This document shows, one piece after another, positions 15,501 through 27,295 of a DNA stretch of 46,320 nt. A program made the translations under genes and the position numbers. The stretch spans positions 1 to 46,320 of the forward strand of contig JAUCBJ010008315.1 in NCBI GenBank assembly GCA_032718475.1, in the 5' to 3' direction. How positions within the stretch are numbered: the first letter of the stretch is position 1; each line of letters begins with the position of its first letter. The notes beneath the pieces were generated by a model, which ran no database searches, was not told the DNA's origin, and saw only the letters and a program-made list of their open reading frames with translations. This stretch comes from Nemertoderma westbladi. Its lineage: Eukaryota; Animalia; Xenacoelomorpha.

Positions 15501-18500
15501 CCCTATCTTTATAGTCCAAACTAAATCCAAACATTGATACTCTCACTATCCAACCCCTCTCTTTATAGTCCAAACTAAATCCAAACATCGAATACTCTCA
15601 CTATCCAACCCCTATCTTTATAGTCCAAACTAAATCCAAACATCGAATACTCTCACTATCCAACCCCTCTCTTTATAGTCCAAACTAAATCCAAACATCG
15701 AATACTCTCACTATCCAACCCCTCTCTTTATAGTCCAAACTAAATCCAAACATCGAATAATCTCACTATCCAACCCCTATCTTTATAGTCCAAACTAAAT
15801 CCAAACATTGATACTCTCACTATCCAACCCCTCTCTTTATAGTGCAAACTAAATCCAAACATCGAATACTCTCACTATCCAACCCCTCTCTTTATAGTCC
15901 AAACTAAATCCAAACATCGAATACTCTCACTATCCAACCCCTCTCTTTATAGTCCAAACTAAATCCAAACATCGAATAATCTCACTATCCAACCCCTATC
16001 TTTATAGTCCAAACTAAATCCAAACATTGATACTCTCACTAACCAATCCCTCTCTTTATAGTCCCAAGTAAATCCAAACATCGAATACTCTCACTATCCA
16101 ACCCCTCTCTTTATAGTCCAAACTAAATCCAAACATCGAATACTCTCACTATCCAACCCCTCTCTTTATAGTCCAAACTAAATCCAAACATCGAATACTC
16201 TCACTATCCAACCCCTCTCTTTATAGTCCAAACTAAATCCAAACATCAAATACTCTCACTATCCAACCCCTCTCTTTATAGTCCAAACTAAATCCAAACA
16301 TCAAATAATCTCACTATCCAACCCCTATCTTTATAGTCCAAACTAAATCCAAACATCGAATACTCCCACTATCCAACCCCTCTCTTTATAGTCCCAAGTA
16401 AATCCAAACATCGAATACTCCCACTATCCAACCCCTCTCTTTATAGTCCAAACTAAATCCAAACATCGAATACTCTCACTATCCAACCCCTCTCTTTATA
16501 GTCCAAACTAAATCCAAACATCGAATAATCTCACTATCCAACCCCTATCTTTATAGTCCAAACTAAATCCAAACATCGAATACTCTCACTATCCAACCCC
16601 TATCTTTATAGTCCAAACTAAATCCAAACATCGAATACTCTCACTATCCAACCCCTATCTTTATAGTCCAAACTAAATCCAAACATCGAATACTCTCACT
16701 AACCAACCCCTCTCTTTATAGTCCAAACTAAATCCAAACATCGAATACTCTCACTATCCAACCCCTCTCTTTATAGTCCAAACTAAATCCAAACATCGAA
16801 TAATCTCACTATCCAACCCCTCTCTTTATTGTCCAAACTAAATCCAAACATCGAATAATCTCACTATCCAACCCCTCTCTTTATAGTCCAAACTAAATCC
16901 AAACATCGAATACTCTCACTATCCAACCCCTCTCTTTATAGTCCAATCTAAATCCAAACATTGATACTCTCACTATCCAACCCCTCTCTTTATAGTCCAA
17001 ACTAAATCCAAACATCGAATACTCTCACTATCCAACCCCTCTCTTTATAGTCCAAACTAAATCCAAACATCGAATAATCTCACTATCCAACCCCTATCGT
17101 TATAGTCCAAACTAAATCCAAACATTGATACTCTCACTATCCAACCCCTATCTTTATAGTCCAAACTAAATCCAAACATCGAATACTCTCACTATCCAAC
17201 CCCTCTCTTTATAGTCCAAACTAAATCCAAACATCGAATACTCTCACTATCCAACCCCTCTCTTTATAGTCCAAACTAAATCCAAACATCGAATACTCTC
17301 ACTATCCAACCCCTCTCTTTATAGTCCAAACTAAATCCAAACATCAAATACTCTCACTATCCAACCCCTCTCTTTATAGTCCAAACTAAATCCAAACATC
17401 GAATACTCTCACTAACCAACCCCTCTCTTTATAGTGCAAACTAAATCCAAACATCGAATACTCTCACTATCCAACCCCTATCTTTATAGTCCAAACTAAA
17501 TCCAAACATCGAATACTCTCACTATCCAACCCCTCTCTTTATAGTCCACACTAAAATCCAAACATCGAATACTCTCACTAACCAACCCCTCTCTTTATAG
17601 TCCCAAGTAAATCCAAACATCGAATACTCTCACTATCCAACCCCTCTCTTTATAGTCCAAACTAAATCCAAACATCGAATACTCTCACTATCCAACCCCT
17701 CTCTTTATAGTCCACACTAAAATCCAAACATCGAATACTCTCACTAACCAACCCCTCTCTTTATAGTCCAAACTAAATCCAAACATCGAATACTCTCACT
17801 ATCCAACCCCTATCTTTATAGTCCAAACTAAATCCAAACATCGAATACTCTCACTATCCAACCCCTCTCTTTATAGTCCACACTAAAATCCAAACATCGA
17901 ATACTCTCACTAACCAACCCCTCTCTTTATAGTCCCAAGTAAATCCAAACATCGAATACTCTCACTATCCAACCCCTCTCTTTATAGTCCAAACTAAATC
18001 CAAACATCGAATACTCTCACTATCCAACCCCTCTCTTTATAGTCCACACTAAAATCCAAACATCGAATACTCTCACTAACCAACCCCTCTCTTTATAGTG
18101 CAAACTAAATCCAAACATCGAATACTCTCACTATCCAACCCCTATCTTTATAGTCCAAACTAAATCCAAACATCGAATACTCTCACTATCCAACCCCTCT
18201 CTTTATAGTCCACACTAAAATCCAAACATCGAATACTCTCACTAACCAACCCCTCTCTTTATAGTCCCAAGTAAATCCAAACATCGAATACTCTCACTAT
18301 CCAACCCCTCTCTTTATAGTCCAAACTAAATCCAAACATCGAATACTCTCACTATCCAACCCCTCTCTTTATAGTCCAAACTAAATCCAAACATCGAATA
18401 CTCTCACTATCCAACCCCTCTATTTATAGTGCAAACTAAATCCAAACATCAAATACTCTCAATATCCAACCCCTATCTTTATTGTCCAAACTAAATCCAA

Positions 18501-20678
18501 ACATCGAATACTCTCAATATCCAACCCCTATCTTTATAGTCCAAACTAAATCCAAACATCGAATACTCTCACTAACCAACCCCTCTCTTTATAGTGCAAA
18601 CTAAATCCAAACATCGAATACTCTCACTATCCAACCCCTCTCTTTATAGTCCAAACTAAATCCAAACATCGAATACTCTCACTATCCAACCCCTCTCTTT
18701 ATAGTCCACACTAAATCCAAACATCGAATACTCTCACTAACCAACCCCTCTCTTTATAGTCCCAAGTAAATCCAAACATCGAATACTCTCACTATCCAAC
18801 CCCTCTCTTTATAGTCCAAACTAAATCCAAACATCGAATACTCTCACTATCCAACCCCTCTCTTTATAGTCCAAACTAAATCCAAACATCGAATACTCTC
18901 ACTATCCAACCCCTCTCTTTATAGTGCAAACTAAATCCAAACATCGAATACTCTCAATATCCAACCCCTATCTTTATTGTCCAAACTAAATCCAAACATC
19001 GAATAGTCTCACTATCCAACCCCTCTCTTTATAGTCCAAACTAAATCCAAACATCGAATACTCTCACTATCCAACCCCTCTCTTTATAGTGCAAACTAAA
19101 TCCAAACATCGAATACTCTCACTATCCAACCCCTCTCTTTATAGTGCAAACTAAATCCAAACATCGAATACTCTCAATATCCAACCCCTATCTTTATTGT
19201 CCAAACTAAATCCAAACATCGAATAATCTCACTATCCAACCCCTCTCTTTATAGTCCAAACTAAATCCAAACATTGATACTCTCACTATCCAACCCCTCT
19301 CTTTATAGTCCAAACTAAATCCAAACATCGAATACTCTCACTATCCAACCCCTATCTTTATAGTCCAAACTAAATCCAAACATCGAATACTCTCACTATC
19401 CAACCCCTCTCTTTATAGTCCAAACTAAATCCAAACATCGAATACTCTCACTATCCAACCCCTCTCTTTATAGTCCAAACTAAATACAAACATCGAATAC
19501 TCTCACTATCCAACCCCTATCTTTATAGTCCAAACTAAATCCAAACATCGAATACTCTCACTATCCAACCCCTCTCTTTATAGTCCAAACTAAATCCAAA
19601 CATCGAATACTCTCACTATCCAACCCCTCTCTTCATAGTCCAAACTAAATCCAAACATCGAATACTCTCACTATCCAACCCCTATCTTTATAGTCCAAAC
19701 TAAATCCAAACATCGAATACTCTCACTATCCAACCCCTCTCTTTATAGTCCAAACTAAATCCAAACATCGATTACTCTCACTATCCAACCCCTCTCTTTA
19801 TAGTGCAAACTAAATCCAAACATCGAATACTCTCACTATCCAACCCCTCTCTTTATAGTGCAAACTAAATCCAAACATCGAATACTCTCACTATCCAACC
19901 CCTCTCTTTATAGTGCAAACTAAATCCAAACATCGAATACTCTCACTAACCAACCCCTCTCTTTATAGTCCAAACTAAATCCAAACATCGAATACTCTCA
20001 CTAATCAACCCCTCTCTTTATAGTCCAAACTAAATCCAAACATCGAATACTCTCACTATCCAACCCCTCTCTTTATAGTGCAAACTAAATCCAAACATCG
20101 AATACTCTCACTATCCAACCCCTCTCTTTATAGTGCAAACTAAATCCAAACATCGAATACTCTCACTATCCAACCCCTCTCTTTATAGTGCACACTAAAT
20201 CCAAACATCGAATACTCTCACTATCCAACCCCTCTCTTTATAGTGCAAACTAAATCCAAACATCGAATACTCTCACTAACCAACCCCTTATAGTCCAAAC
20301 TAAATCCAAACATCGAATACTCTCACTATCCAACCCCTCTCTTTATAGTCCAAACTAAATCCAAACATCGAATACTCTCACTATCCAACCCCTCTCTTTA
20401 TAGTGCAAACTAAATCCAAACATCGAATACTCTCACTATCCAACCCCTCTCTTTATAGTGCAAACTAAATCCAAACATCGAATACTCTCACTATCCAACC
20501 CCTCTCTTTATAGTGCAAACTAAATCCAAACATCGAATACTCTCACTATCTAACCCCTCTCTTTATAGTCCAAACTAAATCCAAACATCGAATGTTATCA
20601 CTATCCAACCTCTCTCTTTATAGTCCCAAGTAAATCCAAACATCGAATACTCGCACTAACCAACCCCTCTCTTTATAG
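591..20678. repeat. 55-bp satellite DNA array, ~20.1 kb, ~365 monomers
   Basis: Consensus ccaaactaaatccaaacatcgaatactctcactatccaacccctctctttatagt repeated head-to-tail. Period checked (agtcc at 1441 and 1496). Includes 63-bp (+8) and 50-bp (-5) length variants. Confidence 0.99.
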
Positions 20679-20746
20679 GCCAATTGGTTTTAAACAGGGT
20701 ACCTAGCAACGCCAACCACCAACAGCTGCAGATTAAATAGCAGTTG

Positions 20747-20910
20747 CCCTTAAAACAACTAGAGTCACTATTTCGGAAGCCCTTAAAACAACCAGAGTCA
20801 CTATTTCGGAAGCACTTAAAACAACCAGAGTCACTATTTCGGAAGCCCTTAAAACAACTAGAGTCACTATTTCGGAAGCCCTTAGAACAACTAGAGGCAC
20901 TATCCGGTAA
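20747..20910. repeat. 33-bp minisatellite, ~5 copies
   Basis: Unit gcccttaaaacaactagagtcactatttcggaa; last copy degenerate. Explains the three repetitive ORFs listed here. Confidence 0.95.
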
Positions 20911-20959
20911 CAGAGGCCCAGCGGAGTACACACATGAAACAATTTCAAATATATGTTTT

Positions 20960-21240
20960 TTATTCAATCTATTTCAAATCTGAAAACCGCTTAGAGAAAC
21001 CTCTTTTAGTTCTCGAGTTATCGCTGTTTTTCTGTATGACGGTCTGTCAGTCCAATTGTAAGACAGACAGACAACCGACAGGATTCCACTAAAATTTAAA
21101 ACTGACATCGGAAATGAAATCAGCGACCCCGTAAACCCCCATAATGAAAGTTTTAGCACGGTGGTGTGCTTCTATCATGGCAGAAATGATTACCCAACCA
21201 GACCACAGACAGCCAGTTCTGGCGGAAAGGTTTAAACTTT
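20960..21240. mobile_element. Possible end of a non-autonomous Helentron/HINE (DINE-1-like) element
   Basis: GACA/GTCT microsatellite (~21041-21080), tcagcgaccccgtaaacccc motif and a short hairpin gccag-tt-ctggc (~21212-21223) next to tandem repeats. Resemblance only; no subTIR pair confirmed. Confidence 0.35.
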
Positions 21241-21670
21241 GAAGATAATTATCTTGGAAGGACATTTTTCGTGTTTCAAATTACTACCCCTCCGCCATTT
21301 TTTAACCATGATTTTCTTTATTTTTGGCTCATTCGATTCGATTCGAAATGATTTCGGCTGTTCTTTAAAAGTTATCGGCTCGAATTTTTATATTTTTGTT
21401 TTTAAAGACAATTTTTCAGATTAAAGCCAAAAATTTGTTAAAATTTTGCCAAATAATAATTAATTTTCATAAAAAGGCAAAACTAAAAATTTTAACCGAC
21501 AACTTTTGTGGAGCTCACCGCCGTAATTAAAAAAAAACGGGTTTCAGACAATTTCACCTAAAATCTAATGACAAGTACATAGCATTTTAACCGCAAATCT
21601 TGTTTTATTCAATGGTCGTTAGAGGGCGACTGGAAATTTGAAAATTTTGAGAAAAAACAAATGTTTATAC

Positions 21671-21843
21671 ATATTTTAACAGCCCATACTCTATAAAATC
21701 AAAATATTTTAATAGCCCATACTGCATAAAATCAAAATATTTAATAGCCCATACTGTATAAAATCAAAATATTGTAATAGCTCATACTGTATAAAATCAA
21801 AATATTTAATAGCCCATACTGTATAAAATCAAAATATTTTAAT
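21671..21843. repeat. 32-33-bp minisatellite, ~5 copies
   Basis: Unit tattttaatagcccatactgtataaaatcaaaa. Confidence 0.95.
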
Positions 21844-21879
21844 TTCAGTAGAAATTGTAGACATTTAAAAATGTGTTCA

Positions 21880-21906
21880 GGGGGGGGGGGGGGGGGGGGG
21901 GGGGGG
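21880..21906 (+). repeat. Poly-G tract (27 nt)
   Basis: Direct reading of the sequence. Confidence 0.95.
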
Positions 21907-22438
21907 TGTACTCCCAACCTTAAGCAGTTGTAGTGGAGAAGTGCAGAGAAAGGTCACTTTAATTTCCAATTCACAATACAATATACAACATATTGTACCA
22001 ATATACAACATATATACAGTACAACATATTGATATTGTTTACTTACACGAATATCAGTGCTTTGCTTTATATAAAATAAACAAACTGGCTTGCTACCAAG
22101 AGTCAAGAAATTGTTTAAAAAAACTGTTGTTCTGATTCTTTGATCGATGAATTGCTTATACTGTAGATGACAAAACGGTATGGTACAGTAACACAACCTA
22201 CTGGTAAACTCTTGTTACCTAAACTCTCATGGTTGTTTACCTAAACTGAAACTTTACAATCTGTTATCATAACGTTTTGTGTAGTTTGTTAATGCCTGAA
22301 TTGTTGATTTATGAATTAACTACCGCGGTAAACGGTAGCTGGCCGCGACAATTGCAAATGAATTGTTCAGACCAAATGACCGGTTAACTGTGTTTTGAAA
22401 TATATCTAGAACATTTATTGAACATTGAATTTGTAATC

Positions 22439-22802
22439 AAAACCGTCTATCCGAGAAAGATTTGTTCTAGAGGTGGTCCAAAACCGTCTATCTCCAGATA
22501 GATGGTTTTGATAAATTAAACGAATTTCCGAAACAGAGATACACTGTTTTGATAAATTAATAATCATGGAGATCTTGCATCCTATTGGTCAGTTCATTTT
22601 TTTCGGTTAATTTTTCTCAGATAAATGGTTTTGATTAAAAATTGCTTCCAAGATATCGAGATACACGGTTTTGGTCGCAAACTATTTTCTTTGCATTTGA
22701 TTTTCAAGCTTCGGGACCTGGATATAAAGATGCGCCTTGAAATTCTGATTCCAAATATATAAATATGTCATTTTCGTCAAAAATCGAGATACACGGTTTT
22801 GG
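22439..22802. repeat. Cluster of a ~15-bp motif in both orientations, probably a decayed DNA-transposon end
   Basis: agatacacggttttg-like motif five times on + (~22497, 22537, 22619, 22659, 22787) and inverted caaaaccgtctatc twice (~22438, 22479). Confidence 0.55.
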
Positions 22803-23398
22803 AATATATAAGGGCCGAACTGTCCAGTAAGTATACAAGTACAGCTACGATTGCATTGTTTGAATACAATGAAAGCGAACCAAGAGGAAAGGGTTGCTGT
22901 AGGGCTGTAGGTTGGTTCTGTATTAATAAAGTGTAAGTGAATTCCAATCTGAGCGTTATACAAATAGAAATAACAAATGTAATGTAACGGCTGATCGGTG
23001 TTTGAGTACTGAATTTGAGAATCTGATAAATCCTTTAAATTCAATCATGAATAATAGTGTTTATAGTCATAGCCATAGTCATATTTGAAACCAGCTGATG
23101 GCGTTGTTCAGTTGTTGCTAGGTAAGGTACCCCGTTTAAAACCAATCAGGAAATAGTGATTCTAGTAATTTCTGAATTTTAAGGGCTCCTGAGCCTGACT
23201 GCCTGAAAAACAGTACGGTAGGTACCAGAGTACGGGCAAACCAGTGATGTACACCTAGGCCATGCCAGCATGCCGATACAGCGATACACGGCAGCACGGT
23301 ATACATACCAGCATACGGTACGGTCATGTGACGGTAGCATTTTTTGAATTACAGAATTATCAGGCAGCACAGCAGTATGCGGGACGTTCCTGTTTGGG

Positions 23399-24277
23399 CC
23401 CTATTGAAAAGTTTTATTTTCTGCGCCGAACGCAGCGCCGGGTGCCAAAAATCCTGCGCCGGCTGTGAGCAAAACCACGCCGGGTGCAAAAAAATCCTGC
23501 GCCGGCTCTGTGCAAAACCACGCCGGGTGCAAAAAATCCTGCGCCGGCTCTGTGCAAACCCACGCCCATGCCAGGTGCAAAAACTTCTGCGCCGGCTCTG
23601 TGCAATGCAAAATGCTGCGCCGGGTGAAAAATCTTCCACCGGCTCTTCAAAGCCGCACCGGGCTGACTGGTATAAAACATAAAATCTGCCTGTTATACTG
23701 TACAGTACCTGTAGTTTATTCGGTTATCTATAATACTGCAGCTGCACTAATCCAAATTTACTTAAACGAACGAAAGTTGTGGGTTTGTGAAATGAAAATA
23801 AGGATACAGAGACGGAAAACCTTAATAAAGACAAATGCAACAAGTACAGTAGGTACGTTGTTTTATTCCAAAAGTGTAACATTACGAAACAACTACTTAA
23901 GAAACACTGCATGTAAATTTTTGTTGTCAAGTAAGTCGAGTAAGTCAAGTAGTCTCAGTCTCACTGTCTGCCTGGTGCTAGGTTCGGCCGATTTCTGCGC
24001 CAGGCAAATATGTACGCCGGGTGTGCTGGGCTGATTCCTGCTCCGGCGCCGGGTCAATTTCTGCAGCGTCGACGCCGGTAATATTTCGACGCCTGCTGCG
24101 CCGAGCGCAGCATCTCTACCATTGCCAGTTCTCCGCCGGCTATGCCGGCGTAGCACATCTCTGCGCCGGCCAGTCCGGCTCATTGCCCGGCGTAGCACAT
24201 TTCTGCGCCAGCTCCCGGCGCAAGTTCTAGTGCTGCGCCGAACGTGCTCGGCGTACATGTAAAACTTTTCAATAGGG
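23399..24277. mobile_element. Non-autonomous DNA transposon with 18-bp TIRs, 8-bp TSD and GC-rich subterminal repeats
   Basis: TIR ccctattgaaaagtttta (23399-23416) / taaaacttttcaataggg (24260-24277). TSD tgtttggg at 23391-23398 and 24278-24285. ~42-bp ctgcgccggctctgtgca repeats inside. Confidence 0.92.
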
Positions 24278-24639
24278 TGTTTGGGGGCCTCCATTTTAAT
24301 TTTTTTAAGGTCATTTTACCAGTTCCCGTGGCAAACCACTTATAAATTTTTTGTATTTTTGGTCAATTTACCGCTTCCTAGACAGCTACAAGAAACTACT
24401 TAGAAATTTGGTCAATTTACTGATTTACCGGTTTCATAGGCCCTATAACAAAATACTTTACTTAGAACGTTAACTTATAATTTTGATTCTAAATAAGCTG
24501 CTTCCCACTTCCCAACCCCCGCCTATTTAGCTGTTTAGTTTGAGCGCTGCCGCCCCCAAACCACTTTTAAAACAGAACACACCATTCCCATTTAAACTAG
24601 GACTAGGATCGGCATGCTGCATTGCAGCTGCATTTTTAA

Positions 24640-25190
24640 GAATGCTGTGCCGGCTTATCGACAAAATTGCACCGCCACAACTCCCTATCACCCATGACAT
24701 TTGCTAGATCATCCGCATCTTCAAGGCCAGTGTCCTTTAAGATGCGTCTCAAGAAAGTCATGGGCTGTCCACCATGCTTATTCACTCCATGAGCTGATGA
24801 GGCTGCCAAAGTACAAGATTATGCACTGGCTGGTCCTCACGGCGAAAGCAATGTCCTGCAAAGCGGAGGCGATTTTGTTCTAGTGTCAAGCTTGGGGGAA
24901 CCAATGAGACACCTCCAATGTTATATAGTGTCTGGTTGGAGATGTGTGCATTGTACTTGACACAATGAACCCGGCGTAGCATTCTTCTGAATGTGCCATC
25001 CAGAGATTTGGTATCCTCAGCAGTTAGAGCCCAGCATGGACTCCCATCTGCCCATAGAGGAGTACTGGAACTACTGCTGCTCTAAATAATCGGACCTTAA
25101 GTTTCCGATTAATTCTCGGTGACTTCCAAATCCTGGAAAGCCTATTCAAGGCTGCTCATGCCTTTCCCTTATGTATTCGAAGGTCCTCAC
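24640..25190 (-). mobile_element. 5'-truncated, decayed RTE-like LINE fragment (ORF2 C-terminus)
   Basis: Minus-strand translation with stops and frameshifts: RIWKSPRINRKLKVRLFRAAVVPVLLYG..., MLRRV...RLRFAGHCFRREDQPVHNLVLWQP..., DRELWR. These motifs are typical of the post-RT region of RTE-clade LINEs. Confidence 0.85.
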
Positions 25191-27295
25191 TTAAATTTAA
25201 AAGTTTAAAAGTATTGTTCTTCCAAAAGCAATTCCTCTTATCAATCTGAGGCTATGCCCTTGATTCTGTGATTAAGAAATCTAATTATTTTAAAGTTTGT
25301 TCTCTGGTTCTGTTGTTTATTAACATAATACATGTAATACTGTAATAGTACAGTAGTAGTACCGGTAATACATTACAGCAGTAATAACGTAGAAAACAAG
25401 ATCCTAGATGAGACCTGATTCGCATACATAGATTGTACAGTAATATTCTATATAATTACCTTATTAACAGATTAACTAAAACTGCTAATTAACTGTCTGA
25501 CTGAGACTAAGACTCTGACTAAGACTGTCTGCAGGTCTGACTGTGACTGTAAGAAATGCCAAATAATGAAAATATTGATTTAATTATTGATGTACCGGTA
25601 CCGGCTGACCGGTATTGATTAAATTAATAATATTAATTAGTACATACAGACATAGCCTAATAGCCTACATAAAATGCCACAATTCCTAAAAATACGCGCT
25701 GTGTAGCTAATACAGTAATAATTGCTTAATAATAATTTTCGTAATTGACTTACAGACTTCTGGACTTAAAAAAACGTATTAAAAACGATCAATTACTAAA
25801 AATTACTTATGCTGTTATGCATATAATAGTAAATTACCGGTACACAATGAACTAAAAAAAACTATTATTAAAAATTGATTAAGCCTAATTATTGATTACG
25901 GTACCGGTAAATGAATAATACCGGGACCGGCATCCATACCGCTGCTGTACCGGCATGAATAATACCGGAATTCTTCGTATAAAATGCCACAATTCCACGT
26001 GAGTTGATGGGCGTCAGCTGTCAGCTTCAGGCTGTCAGGTCGACGTATAGACAATAATATAACGCAGTAACGGGCAGATGGGACTTCCTCGTGGGTAATT
26101 TTATTCCCATGGAGCAGCGACCACACGTAGGACAGTAGGAGGTGTTTCAGGACCGAGACCGTGTTTTATCCACCACTGAAATTCCGCTTTAGATAAAGTA
26201 TCTTTCTATAAAAGCCAGTTTTTCACGTGCTGCGCGAAGGGCACATCGTCCTCTTCTGCAGTAAAATTTATAGTAAAGTAGGAATACACCCTACTGACTA
26301 CAAGCATACCTGTATACAGCGGCTTAAGCCTGTAAGCATGAAGCAGGAAGGTTGCAGTGCAGTCAGCTACTGCTACAGTACAGCGCAGCAGTAGGGAATA
26401 GACTATAATAAAAGTATAGCTGTATAGGACAGTAGGACAGTAGGATGGAGGCCCCCAAACTGGAATGAGCCGGTTTTCATATAATATTCCTAATTTATTA
26501 TTGACAATTACCATATTACTGTATTAAACTAAATTATTGATTTGGTTCCTTTCAAGTTTAACCCTCCACACGCTTATGCAACCTGCTTCTTTACTAACCT
26601 GCATTCAACTGTACAAGTTCAAGTAAGAGTTTACCTACACACATGTCGCATAGGCCTACCCTACCTACATGCCCTAAATGCCCTAGTTATATAAACTATC
26701 CCACTCCCACACACACCACGACGAATTCCTGATTCTACAAGAATTTCTTTGGCTTCCCAGACCTGCTGACCAGTTCAACTCCAGCGATTGAGCGATCTCA
26801 GCTCAGATCGCTCAAGTTATCAATTACCTCAATAATTGATAAACACGGCCTCGGCCTATCTATATAGGCCTACAGATATAATACTGAAATATAACTGTGT
26901 AATGCAATTCAAAATCATCGTTCATTTCCAATCACTAACAGTATCGCGTACCGGTACAGCTGATAAAAATCAATTTGCAAAAACTTCTGCGAACCCTAAT
27001 GTATGATGCCGATGTATGTTGCATTCTACCTAATTGTGTTGTTTAAATGTTTGAGTAACTCTTATATTTTTAAAGTTTAATTTCCTCTTACATATCGTGA
27101 TTTATGAGACCCTATAAGTTCTCAACTTTCTTGTTCCTGTAACTTTTAATAATTTAATAATAAAATAAATCTCTCTATATATATATATTATTATTTAGGC
27201 CTATATATTGTGTATATGACATGACTAAGAAAATTATTAATTAATGCAGATTGTTAATAAATATGAAGGGATTGCTTCAATGTTTACTAGATTAA

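Noticed and set aside
591-20678. CRISPR-like array
   Set aside because: Monomers are head-to-tail with no unique spacers, there are no cas genes, and the context is eukaryotic.
20656-20983. Repetitive ORFs (103, 71 and 79 aa)
   Set aside because: By-products of a 33-bp repeat that is open in several frames.
23344-24294. Overlapping Cys/Arg-rich ORFs
   Set aside because: They arise from GC-rich subterminal repeats of the transposon and have no transposase motifs.
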